Origin: an uncultured Ectothiorhodospiraceae bacterium
GTDB taxonomy: Bacteria > Pseudomonadota > Gammaproteobacteria > GCA-002705445 > GCA-002716945
Assembly: GCA_964342155.1 (NCBI GenBank)
Contig: CAYFEQ010000001.1
Coordinates: 64,761 to 101,999 of the forward strand
DNA length: 37,239 nucleotides
Direction of reading: 5' to 3'
Position 1 is the stretch's first letter, and each line of letters starts with the position of its first letter. The notes under the pieces were generated by a model. That model was not told the origin of the DNA. It made no database searches and was given only the letters and a program-made list of their open reading frames with translations. A program made the translations under genes and the position numbers. Positions 1 to 9,010 of the stretch are shown here, piece by piece.

Positions 1-954
1 GATTCAAGAAAGAAGACGGATGAACTAGTTATCTCTAGCCCAGCACGATTACACTTAGGTTTTTTTGGAATTGAAAAGACTTATGGTTATTCTTATGGAA
101 GTATGGGTCTAGCAATAAATCGCTATAAAACATTAATTAAAATTAGTAAAACAAACAGACCTCAATCAAACATTTCAAAAAAATATCTAGAACCATTAGA
201 AAAATACCTAAACTCAATTGGCAAAAAATGCAAAATGAAAATTATTTTAGAAAATGAGATGAAAAAGCATGTAGGGTTAGGATCAGGTACTCAAACTGCG
301 TTATGTTTAGGTAAAGGAGTTTCTAAACTATTAGGACTCAATCTAAATACCGAAAAGATAGTAAAGATATTTAATAGAGGATTAAGATCAGGAACTGGGA
401 TAGGAATATTTGAAAAGGGTGGTTTCATAGTAGACACCTGCAAGAAAACTAATCAACAACCCCAGATTTTATTAAGAAAGAAATTTCCAAGTAACTGGAA
501 GATAGTTCTATTATCTGATAAAACATTAAAAGGAGTCTCTGGAGATAGAGAAAAAGAGTTTTTCAGGAGCAAAAAGATTTTAAAAAGCATTTCTTCTGAA
601 TTGTCAGAGGTTGTTTTGAGAGGAATAATTCCATCGATCATATACAAAGATTTTTTATGCTTTGCAAAGAATATTTCTCTTTTCCAAAAATTGACCGTGG
701 AGTTTTATAAGAAAAAACAAAAAGATTTATTTGTCAGCAATGAAATTTCTAGAGTTGTGAAATATATATCGAAATCTAAAACCTTGGGTATTGGCCAAAG
801 CTCATGGGGTCCTTTTTCATATATATTCACAGAATCATTGCCTTCTGCTAAAGAGGTGATTAAAATTATAAATACTAAATTTAGTATGTATAATAATCTT
901 ACATATGAAATTGCCAGCGCTAGAAATTCTGGCTACAAAATAAAAAATATTTAA
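1..954 (+). CDS. mptG: Beta-ribofuranosylaminobenzene 5'-phosphate (beta-RFAP) synthase, GHMP kinase fold; 5' end lies outside the window
   Basis: Frame +1 is open from base 1 and reads ...SSPARLHLGFFG...GSMGLAI. It carries the PARLHLGF N-terminal motif, HVGLGSGTQ, RGLRSGTGIGIFEKGGFIVD and GQSSWGP. The ORF-track start at 103 is internal. Confidence 0.93.
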   Translation, partial: DSRKKTDELVISSPARLHLGFFGIEKTYGYSYGSMGLAINRYKTLIKISKTNRPQSNISKKYLEPLEKYLNSIGKKCKMKIILENEMKKHVGLGSGTQTALCLGKGVSKLLGLNLNTEKIVKIFNRGLRSGTGIGIFEKGGFIVDTCKKTNQQPQILLRKKFPSNWKIVLLSDKTLKGVSGDREKEFFRSKKILKSISSELSEVVLRGIIPSIIYKDFLCFAKNISLFQKLTVEFYKKKQKDLFVSNEISRVVKYISKSKTLGIGQSSWGPFSYIFTESLPSAKEVIKIINTKFSMYNNLTYEIASARNSGYKIKNI

Positions 955-969
955 ATATCGGGAGAATTT

Positions 970-1860
970 ATGGAAAAGCCTTATTTATTGCATATGATAA
1001 CACCGGAAAAAAATGTAAGCCCTTTTGATGCCAATATGGCTTATGATGCAGGATGGAATTCTATAATCCCTTACACTGCTGTTGAGATGGAAGAAGTTCA
1101 GACTTTAGTACAGGATGCCATCTTTTCTAGATCAACTTCCGCATTAAAACGAACAGGAATTTTTTTTGGGGGAAGAGATTGTCACATGGCAATGGATATG
1201 ATTGATGAAGCAAAGAAATCAATGGTCCCGCCATTTGAAGTTTCAGTCTTTGCTGACCCAAGTGGCGCATTTACAACTGCTGCTGGGATGGTTGCTGTTA
1301 CTGAAAAAGCTCTTAAAGAAAAATTTAACCTTACACTTGCAGACACTAAGATTGCTATTTTGGGAGGAACTGGACCAGTAGGAATAGTTTCAGCCGTTAT
1401 TACTGCAAATGCGGGTGCAAATGTGTACATAGTTGGAAGAAATGCAGAAAGAACTGAAAAAGTTGTTAATCTTTGTAAGGAAAGATATAAATCGTCGAAT
1501 GTTAATGTAGGCTTGGATGCCGATAAAGAATCTCTTTTGTTGGATACTGACATAGTTTTTGGAACAGCAGCACCAGGAATAGAGATTATGAATAAAGATT
1601 TAGTAAAAAATTCAAAATCATTAAAAATTTGTGCTGATACAAACGCAGTTCCTCCATCAGGAATATTTGGTGTTGACGTTAGTGATAATGTTGTAAAAAT
1701 GAAAGACTCAGCATCAGATTGTTATGGAATTGGCGCACTAGCAATTGGAAACGTAAAGTACAAAGCCCAACATGAATGTCTCAAACTAATGTGTAACACC
1801 GATAAGCCAGTTTATCTAAATTTTGAGCATGCATTTGAATTTGCACAGAAGAATGCGTAA
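970..1860 (+). CDS. mtdB: NAD(P)-dependent methylene-H4MPT dehydrogenase
   Basis: NVSPFDANMAYDAG, VQDAIFSR, VFADPSGAFTTAA, GGTGPVG, DTNAVPPSGI and IGALAIGNVKY motifs; GGAG RBS at 961; position after mptG. Confidence 0.93.
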   Translation: MEKPYLLHMITPEKNVSPFDANMAYDAGWNSIIPYTAVEMEEVQTLVQDAIFSRSTSALKRTGIFFGGRDCHMAMDMIDEAKKSMVPPFEVSVFADPSGAFTTAAGMVAVTEKALKEKFNLTLADTKIAILGGTGPVGIVSAVITANAGANVYIVGRNAERTEKVVNLCKERYKSSNVNVGLDADKESLLLDTDIVFGTAAPGIEIMNKDLVKNSKSLKICADTNAVPPSGIFGVDVSDNVVKMKDSASDCYGIGALAIGNVKYKAQHECLKLMCNTDKPVYLNFEHAFEFAQKNA

Positions 1861-2923
1861 GGCTGTATTAATAATAAATACCCATGCAGAATATTTAGCA
1901 ACACAGGCAGAAAAACTTGGATATAAAACCTTTTGTATTGATAGTTTTAATCAAAATAGTCTAAATAAAATTGCTAAACTAAAATTTCTAAAAAATTTCA
2001 TAAAAAAAATACGGAAGAATCACAAATTAGTGAAATTAATATATGGTTCTGGGTTAGAAGATAAACCTGATATTTACACAACATTACACTCTGAAGTAGA
2101 TGTGCAAGGCAATCCTTTAGAAGTTCTTGAATATTGTAATGATATATTAAATGTTGAAAAAGCATTGAATATAAGCGGTTTACAAATTCCTAGAACAAGT
2201 TTTTCTCCACTTCCTTCTAATATTAAAACTGTTGTAAAACCAATACAAAGTTATGGAGGATTACATGTCAATTTTACTAAACAAAATATAGAAGATATTT
2301 ATTATCAAGAATTTATTCCTGGGTCAACATTTTCTATATCTTTTTTCATAAATAAGAATAAATTTTCTTTACTAGGTTTTAATAAATTATTTACGTTGAA
2401 AGATTATTCTACTAATCCATTTATACATGCAGGAGCTATGAATATTAAAAGAATTAAAATATTTGATCAGGTTGAAAAATCAACTGAAATATTTTCATCG
2501 CTGATTGGTTTGCAAGGCTATAACAGCATAGATTTCAAAATATATGATAATAAAGTATTTGTTATTGATATAAATCCAAGAATTACATCAACTTTTAAGA
2601 TATATAACGAATTACTAACTAATGATTTGATGAAATCACAAATAAATCTTAAAAATTCTGAAATAAATAACACCTATTCTTATCCTAAAAAATTCTATGG
2701 TTTTGTATATATGTTTAGTAGGGAAAATTTTAAATTTCATAACAAAATAAAAGGTGATTCATCTATAACGAATCTACCGAAGGAAGGTGAAATCATAAAA
2801 AAAGACAATCCAATCTTTACAATAAATTTTTCCTCTAACTCACCATCTACGCTAGTTAGCTCATTAAGGAAAAAAATTAGTATGACAACGAAGCAGTATA
2901 ACTGTTATGATATAGACATCTAG
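1853..2923 (+). CDS. orfY: ATP-grasp protein OrfY of the H4MPT/methylofuran cluster
   Basis: YGSGLE, GNP, VVKP..SYGG, YYQEFIPG and IDINPR ATP-grasp motifs; lies between mtdB and mch. The ATG at 1853, overlapping the mtdB end, is preferred over 1823. Confidence 0.8.
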   Translation: MRKAVLIINTHAEYLATQAEKLGYKTFCIDSFNQNSLNKIAKLKFLKNFIKKIRKNHKLVKLIYGSGLEDKPDIYTTLHSEVDVQGNPLEVLEYCNDILNVEKALNISGLQIPRTSFSPLPSNIKTVVKPIQSYGGLHVNFTKQNIEDIYYQEFIPGSTFSISFFINKNKFSLLGFNKLFTLKDYSTNPFIHAGAMNIKRIKIFDQVEKSTEIFSSLIGLQGYNSIDFKIYDNKVFVIDINPRITSTFKIYNELLTNDLMKSQINLKNSEINNTYSYPKKFYGFVYMFSRENFKFHNKIKGDSSITNLPKEGEIIKKDNPIFTINFSSNSPSTLVSSLRKKISMTTKQYNCYDIDI

Positions 2924-2925
2924 AT

Positions 2926-3894
2926 ATGACAGATCAGGTAAGCATAAATAAAATCACAAAACCGCTTGTTGAAGAATTAATTGAAAATACAGATCAACTA
3001 AATCTTGGAATGACAACAAGTTCTGGTGGCGCCAAATTAATTGATGCTGGCATTAGTCACAAAGGTTGCCTTGAATCAGGAAGATTAATAACTGAAATAT
3101 GTATGGGTGGTTTGGGAACTGTATCATTGTCTATGAACAATACTTTTGAAAACTGGCCTTTATCAATAGATGTACATAGCACTAATCCAGTTTTAAGTTG
3201 CCTTGCGAGTCAATATGCTGGTTGGAGCCTTTCCCATGTGAAAGATGAAGAGAATTTTAATGCTCTTGGCTCAGGACCTTGTCGTTCATTAGCGTGCAAA
3301 GAAGAATTGTTTAAAGATTTAGGTTATCAGGATAAATTTTTTTCAACTGTTGCAATTATGGAAGTAGACAGCACACCTCCTCAAGAAATTATTGATAAAA
3401 TAGTTAATGATTGCAACATTAGCGAGAAGAATCTTACTATTATCTTAACTCCAACAAAGTCGCTTTCTGGCTGCGTGCAAATTGTTGGCCGTGTTCTAGA
3501 AGTTGGTATGCATAAACTACACGAACTTGGCTTTCCTTTAGATAAAGTTGTGGATGGATTTGGTTCAGCACCATTACCTCCGCCTGCTCCAGATTTTTTG
3601 AATGGAATGGGAAGAACTAATGATGCTATTTTATATGGAGGCAAAGTACATTTGTTCGTTGATGTTCCAGATGATGAGGCTGATGAACTCGCAAAAAGAT
3701 TACCCAGTTTAACTTCTAGTGATTATGGAAAACCATTTGCTGAAGTTTTTAAAGAATACAAGTATGACTTCTATAAAATTGACAAAATGCTTTTTAGCCC
3801 AGCCTATGTAATAGTGACATCAATCAAGACTGGAAACACCTTTAGAAATGGAAAAATCAATTCAGAGTTGATAGATAAATCTTTTGCTAAATGA
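2926..3894 (+). CDS. mch: Methenyl-H4MPT cyclohydrolase
   Basis: EICMGGLG, CLASQYAGW, LGSGPCR, GRVLEVGMHK, MGRTNDAILYGG, SSDYGKPF and FYKIDKMLFSPA motifs. Confidence 0.96.
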   Translation: MTDQVSINKITKPLVEELIENTDQLNLGMTTSSGGAKLIDAGISHKGCLESGRLITEICMGGLGTVSLSMNNTFENWPLSIDVHSTNPVLSCLASQYAGWSLSHVKDEENFNALGSGPCRSLACKEELFKDLGYQDKFFSTVAIMEVDSTPPQEIIDKIVNDCNISEKNLTIILTPTKSLSGCVQIVGRVLEVGMHKLHELGFPLDKVVDGFGSAPLPPPAPDFLNGMGRTNDAILYGGKVHLFVDVPDDEADELAKRLPSLTSSDYGKPFAEVFKEYKYDFYKIDKMLFSPAYVIVTSIKTGNTFRNGKINSELIDKSFAK

Positions 3895-4808
3895 GAAAAG
3901 TTTTAATATTAACTGATCAGAAGGGTTGGCATTTCAATCAATTACAAGAATCTTTTCTAAGAAAAAAAGTAACAGTTGAATCCTATGATTTAACTGAACT
4001 GACCTTATCTTTCATGAATAATGAAAATAAAATATTTCACAACAATAAAGAATTAAATAATGTTACAGATGTAATAGTCAGATTTATACCAAATGGTACT
4101 TTAGAGGAAATTGTAACGTACCTAAATATTTTGAAGATATTTAAAATGAAAGGTGCAAATGTAATTAATACTGCAGAGAATATTGAATTAACGGTAGATA
4201 AATCTTTAACAACCGCTTTACTTAATCATAAAAATATAAATACACCAAAAACTTGGGTAATCAGAGGTAAAAGGGAAACGAAGAATCTCGTGAGTAAACT
4301 ATTAAAAGAATATAGATTAATATATAAACCAATTTTTGGGTCTCAAGGAAATCACATAAAAAAAATTGAAAGATTGGAAGATTTAGATTCTATTAATAAT
4401 GTAAGTAATATTTATTATTTACAAGAATTTTTAAATACTGAACCATTCCATGATTACCGAGTTCTTATTGTAAAAAGTATGGATAAAACTAAAATTTTTT
4501 CGATGATAAGATATGGAAAATCGTATATTAATAATTTCTCAAAAGGTGCTAAATGTGTGCCGATAAAATTAGACAAGAAAATGGCTGAGACTGCATTATT
4601 AGCTTCAGAAATTGCTGATTTACCGTTATGTGGAATAGACATTATTAAACAAAAAGATAAATTTTTTATTATTGAGGTCAATGGAATCCCAGCATGGAAA
4701 GGATTGCAATCTATCAATAAAGAAAATATCGCTGATGTAATAGTTAATGCATTTCTTAATGCGTCAAGACATGAAGAAGGTCTGTCTATCAAACCTGTTT
4801 CTAAGTAA
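3891..4808 (+). CDS. orf5: RimK-family ATP-grasp glutamate ligase Orf5 (C1-cofactor polyglutamylation)
   Basis: GWH, VRFIPNGTLEEI, VDKSLT, YKPIFGSQG, YYLQEF, DYRV and EVNGIPAWKGLQ motifs; ATGA overlap with mch. Confidence 0.88.
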   Translation: MRKVLILTDQKGWHFNQLQESFLRKKVTVESYDLTELTLSFMNNENKIFHNNKELNNVTDVIVRFIPNGTLEEIVTYLNILKIFKMKGANVINTAENIELTVDKSLTTALLNHKNINTPKTWVIRGKRETKNLVSKLLKEYRLIYKPIFGSQGNHIKKIERLEDLDSINNVSNIYYLQEFLNTEPFHDYRVLIVKSMDKTKIFSMIRYGKSYINNFSKGAKCVPIKLDKKMAETALLASEIADLPLCGIDIIKQKDKFFIIEVNGIPAWKGLQSINKENIADVIVNAFLNASRHEEGLSIKPVSK

Positions 4809-5689
4809 TGTATAAAAGCATTAATTATCCTGAAATTGATTCTGGAGCTAAGTATGCTTTATTAAAAGATGCATATCTTTTTGCTTGTATGAAAGACATT
4901 GAAGTTATAAAACCTGGCAATGTATACATCAATGCTCCTCATGAAGATACTGATTCTGATGATTATTTAAAGAGCTCGGAACATAGCTGCAAACATTTAT
5001 TCCTTGAAGATCTGAATCTTGGTAATCGGATTTTTCTTTCTATCGAAGAGACATCTAAGTTTATAAAAAAAAATACTAATTTAGGAATTATTCTAACCTG
5101 TGCGCCTTTAATTCACTCTCTTATATGTTATAAAGAGTACCCTCTAAAAAAGGGTTTAAGCTTGACTCTAGAGAACACTACATCAGCTGATACCATAGCA
5201 ATCTGCCAAGCCATTAACCTCGTAAACCCAGGCGGCTTAGGTGAGAGTAAACAATATGATACACGTACATTACCTGATATTGGGCTCTTGGAGATTATGA
5301 AATATTCATCAAAATATGACAGGATTGCCTATCAATACACTAATATGTTTAAAGATGTTCTAGATTTTGTGGTGCCATGCCTAAATAGCTATCAGAATCG
5401 TTATAAATCGCTTAGTTTGTCCCTTTCTCTGACGTTTTTAGACATACTAAGAAATATACCAGATTCTCATATTCAGAGGAAATTTGGGCATAAAATAGCA
5501 AAAAAGACTAGTAATCAAGCCAATGATTTGCTAAAAATATTAGTTACGGAGAGAATTAATCAAGATTCGTTCAACAAGCGTTTGAGAGAACTTGATTATG
5601 AATATAAAAAACAGGGAATTAATCCGGGGACGACAGCAGACTTACTTGTCGCAGGTTTGATGATAAAAAAAATTTTCAAGGATACTTGA
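4808..5689 (+). CDS. orf7: CitG-like triphosphoribosyl-dephospho-CoA synthase family protein Orf7
   Basis: KPGNV, NTNLGII, NPGGLG, PDSHIQRKFG and INPGTTADL motifs; TAATG overlap with orf5. Confidence 0.88.
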   Translation: MYKSINYPEIDSGAKYALLKDAYLFACMKDIEVIKPGNVYINAPHEDTDSDDYLKSSEHSCKHLFLEDLNLGNRIFLSIEETSKFIKKNTNLGIILTCAPLIHSLICYKEYPLKKGLSLTLENTTSADTIAICQAINLVNPGGLGESKQYDTRTLPDIGLLEIMKYSSKYDRIAYQYTNMFKDVLDFVVPCLNSYQNRYKSLSLSLSLTFLDILRNIPDSHIQRKFGHKIAKKTSNQANDLLKILVTERINQDSFNKRLRELDYEYKKQGINPGTTADLLVAGLMIKKIFKDT

Positions 5690-5762
5690 AGTTGGATTAT
5701 GCGCTCAAATTTGTGATTAGAAATTAAAGCTTGAGGCCCAATAAATAACACAGGAGATAATA

Positions 5763-6278
5763 ATGGCAGTAGTTGATAAAGTGTTAGTAGGTGAAGCTCT
5801 AGTTGTTACCGAAGGTGGTGATAATGAAATTTCACATATTGACTTACTAATGGGTCCACGTGGATCAGCAGTAGAAGATGCGTTTTGTAATTCACTATGT
5901 AATAACAAAGATGGATTTACATCGCTATTAGCAGTGGTTGCACCTAATTTACAGTGTAAACCAAGCACAGTTATGTTTAATAAAGTAACAATAAAAGGTG
6001 CAAAACAAGCAGTACAAATGTTTGGTCCTGCACAAGCAGCTGTAGCAAGAGCTGTAACTGATTGTGTTGAAGATGGAACAATTCCAGAAAAAGAAGCCGA
6101 GGATATTTTTATCTGCGTAGGTGTATTTATTCACTGGGATGCAAGTGATGATACTAGAATCTATGATTACAACTATGAAGCTACCAAAATGGCAATAAAA
6201 AATGCTGTTGCTGGTAAACCTAGTGCTGGAGAAGTTGTAGCAGGAAAATCTACTCAACATCCATTTTCACCAAAATAA
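5763..6278 (+). CDS. fae: Formaldehyde-activating enzyme (5,6,7,8-H4MPT hydro-lyase)
   Basis: [49 protein letters not shown] and GVFIHW motifs; strong CAGGAG RBS at 5751-5756. Confidence 0.96.
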   Translation: MAVVDKVLVGEALVVTEGGDNEISHIDLLMGPRGSAVEDAFCNSLCNNKDGFTSLLAVVAPNLQCKPSTVMFNKVTIKGAKQAVQMFGPAQAAVARAVTDCVEDGTIPEKEAEDIFICVGVFIHWDASDDTRIYDYNYEATKMAIKNAVAGKPSAGEVVAGKSTQHPFSPK

Positions 6279-6292
6279 CAATTATGAGAATT

Positions 6293-6329
6293 GCCAACCG
6301 TGTTTCAAGCTCGGTTGGCTCTTTCTTTT
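6293..6329 (+). terminator. Probable intrinsic terminator after fae, overlapping the 3' end of orf17
   Basis: GCCAACCG (6293-6300) and CGGTTGGC (6312-6319) form a perfect 8-bp stem, followed by TCTTTCTTTT. Confidence 0.7.
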
Positions 6330-6994
6330 AGGAAGCTAAATTTCCTGAGTTTGTTCATTGATAATAAACTAGAGACAAGAACGCCACTAGCTCCTAGATT
6401 TTTTACAAACTTTATATCTAACATTGATCTAATTCCCCCAGCAACGTAATATTCAGTTTTGTATTTTTTTGTAATAAACTTTTTTATTACATGAAAGTTT
6501 GGTTTTAATTTTGTACCAACTCTTGATAAATCCATTATAATTACTTTTTTTGGATGTGTTTTTATACATCTATAAATAGATTTCGGTCCTATAATTCCAT
6601 TTTTATAGTCTATTGAACAAATATGGTTTTTGAATTTTTCTGAACTTAATTCAAAATCTTTTGCCTTTTCACTACAGAATATTGGGATGTAATTATTATA
6701 ATTTTTATCTAATTTAATCTTGTTAAGCCCTGAGTCTATCCAAAAATTAACTTTTGAAAATTTTTTTAGTATCTGTATTAAAAGATTGTGATTAACTTTG
6801 TTAAACATTATTGCATCAAGATCTGCAATGTAGATTGTTTTTGGAGAATATATATCTATTAAATGTCTAATTATTTCAACAGGCTCTGTGGTATTGTATA
6901 GTTTAGGATTTATTTTTTTATATGTGTTTCTATCGCCTTTTAAAGCTGTAACTACTTGACTATCTAATATGTCTATAACGGGAATGATGTCCAT
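6305..6994 (-). CDS. orf17: HisA/HisF-like TIM-barrel protein Orf17 of the H4MPT/methylofuran cluster
   Basis: IIPVIDI, GDRNTY, YIADLDAI, FWIDSG, IIMDLSRVG, VAGGIRS and GVLVSS motifs; cluster context. Confidence 0.85.
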   Translation of the reverse strand: MDIIPVIDILDSQVVTALKGDRNTYKKINPKLYNTTEPVEIIRHLIDIYSPKTIYIADLDAIMFNKVNHNLLIQILKKFSKVNFWIDSGLNKIKLDKNYNNYIPIFCSEKAKDFELSSEKFKNHICSIDYKNGIIGPKSIYRCIKTHPKKVIIMDLSRVGTKLKPNFHVIKKFITKKYKTEYYVAGGIRSMLDIKFVKNLGASGVLVSSLLSMNKLRKFSFLKERANRA

Positions 6995-6996
6995 CT

Positions 6997-7971
6997 ATGA
7001 TTAAGATACTAATATATGAATATGTTACAGGAGGTGGTTTAATAAATGAAGATTTAAGTTCAACTTTACTACACGAAGCCAAACTAATGACATCGAGGCT
7101 TCACAGCGATCTGAGTATATCAGATGAGGTTTCATTCAGCTTCTTCTTAGATGAAAGATTGAAGAATCTTGCTAGACCACAATCAATCCTTATAAATAAA
7201 CAGAATTCAAATAAGATCTATGATGAAAATTTTCTAAAAAAATTTGATTATGTATTGCCAATACTTCCTGAAACGAATCTCAATCTATATAAATATACTA
7301 AGTTTTTAGAAGAAAAAAAAATAAATAAAATTATTTCTGATAAACAAACAATCCTTTCTTTATCAAATAAACTATCTTTCTATAATTTGTTTATCAATCA
7401 AAAAATAAATGTCATACCAACATATAACATTAAGGAGATAAACAAAATAAAAAAAATAAAAAAATTAGTTATCAAAGATAAATACGGAGCAGGTTGTTCT
7501 TTTGTTAAAATTTTTAAAAACTCATCTAAGAAAGATTTTAAGGATTATAATAAGAATTACATTGTCCAGCCATATATCGATGGGAAACCATATAGCATAT
7601 CAGCATTCTTTGATCAAAATGATTTATATCTATTAAGTATTAATAGACAAGACATAAAAATAACAAAAAACTTTATTAAATTAAATAAAATAATTGTTAA
7701 TGATAAAATTGTAGATGATACAAAAATTTATGCCTTATTAGAAAAGATAAAATTGATATTACCAAAGTTATACGGGTATATTGGTATAGATATAATAATT
7801 AATAAAAAAGATTTATATGTTGTTGAAATAAACCCAAGACTAACAACTTCATATATTGGATTAAATGAGACTTTAGGCATTAATCTTGTTAATCTAATTA
7901 TTGGAAAAAAAATAAAGAAAAGAATTATCAGTGGAAAGAAATTTTGCATTAATTTAAATGAAAACAAATAA
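6997..7971 (+). CDS. orf1: ATP-grasp protein Orf1 (MfnD-like tyramine/tyrosine-glutamate ligase family)
   Basis: YEYVTGGG, ILPET, GAGC, VQPYIDG, GYIGID and EINPRLTTSYIGL motifs. Confidence 0.82.
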   Translation: MIKILIYEYVTGGGLINEDLSSTLLHEAKLMTSRLHSDLSISDEVSFSFFLDERLKNLARPQSILINKQNSNKIYDENFLKKFDYVLPILPETNLNLYKYTKFLEEKKINKIISDKQTILSLSNKLSFYNLFINQKINVIPTYNIKEINKIKKIKKLVIKDKYGAGCSFVKIFKNSSKKDFKDYNKNYIVQPYIDGKPYSISAFFDQNDLYLLSINRQDIKITKNFIKLNKIIVNDKIVDDTKIYALLEKIKLILPKLYGYIGIDIIINKKDLYVVEINPRLTTSYIGLNETLGINLVNLIIGKKIKKRIISGKKFCINLNENK

Positions 7972-9010
7972 AATTAAAAATTTATATCTAGGTTGGGATA
8001 TTGGAGGAGCACATATTAAGCTGTCTACTATAAAACCCAATAGTTTTTCATTTAACATATATAAATGTAACTTATGGAAATCAACTGATTTATTAAAAAA
8101 AATACTTCATTCTGTTTGTAGAAAATATAAGAGAGGATTCAATATAATAAATGTTATAACAATGTCCGGTGAAATGTGTGATATTTTTGATTCTAGGAAT
8201 CAGGGAGTTAAACATATTTTAGAAATATTTAAAAACATCAATAAAGAAAATTATGTATTCTCTACTAAGAAACCATTTTTTTTTAAACTTAGTGAAAAAA
8301 TCAATCCAGAATCTATATCATCAGCAAACTGGTTTGCAACTGCAAAGTTTCTTGAAACAAAAGTAAATAATGCAATTGCAGTTGATGTTGGATCAACAAC
8401 AACAGATATTATAGTTATAAAAAAAGGTGTCTGCATTAATAAAAATTATAGTGATTTTTCGAGACTACAATCATCAGAATTGATATATATGGGTATATTA
8501 AGAACACCAATACATGCTGTTACAAAAGAAATATATAGTGGCCAAAAGAAATTTTCTATAATACCAGAAAATTTTTCCAATATGTCTGATGTATATAGAA
8601 TTTTATCAGATATAAAACCAAAAATTGATTATTCAGAGAATTGTGATTCTAAAAACAAGTCCTATAGAAACAGTTTGGTAAGATTTTCTCGTATAATAGG
8701 CTTCGACTACCATTCAAAAAATGAAAGAATAGTGATAAATCTAGCTAAGAAAATAAAATTATCTCAAAAAAATTATCTTATGCAAAAAATTACTCATACA
8801 TTACAGCAGCATTTCCAAAGTAAAGAATCAGTAAATATTATTGGAATTGGAATAGGAAGTTTTTTAATTGAAGAGATTTCTAAAAAAATTAAAATGAGTT
8901 ATAAAGATTTTAACAGTTTTTGTCAAGGTGGTAGAAAGCAATTATTCTTGCCATCAGATATTGCGCCAGCTTACTCTATAAGTACATTATTTAAGTTAAG
9001 AAATGAATAA
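7958..9010 (+). CDS. orf9: Hydantoinase/oxoprolinase-family protein Orf9 (MfnF-like)
   Basis: GWDIGGAHIK, TMSGEMCDIF, SANWFATA, DVGSTTTDII and ELIYMGILRTP motifs. Confidence 0.87.
   Translation: MKTNKIKNLYLGWDIGGAHIKLSTIKPNSFSFNIYKCNLWKSTDLLKKILHSVCRKYKRGFNIINVITMSGEMCDIFDSRNQGVKHILEIFKNINKENYVFSTKKPFFFKLSEKINPESISSANWFATAKFLETKVNNAIAVDVGSTTTDIIVIKKGVCINKNYSDFSRLQSSELIYMGILRTPIHAVTKEIYSGQKKFSIIPENFSNMSDVYRILSDIKPKIDYSENCDSKNKSYRNSLVRFSRIIGFDYHSKNERIVINLAKKIKLSQKNYLMQKITHTLQQHFQSKESVNIIGIGIGSFLIEEISKKIKMSYKDFNSFCQGGRKQLFLPSDIAPAYSISTLFKLRNE

Noticed and set aside
5690-5762. Possible hairpin or promoter upstream of fae
   Set aside because: Only a weak interrupted stem (CTCAA/TTGAG) and no convincing -35/-10 pair.
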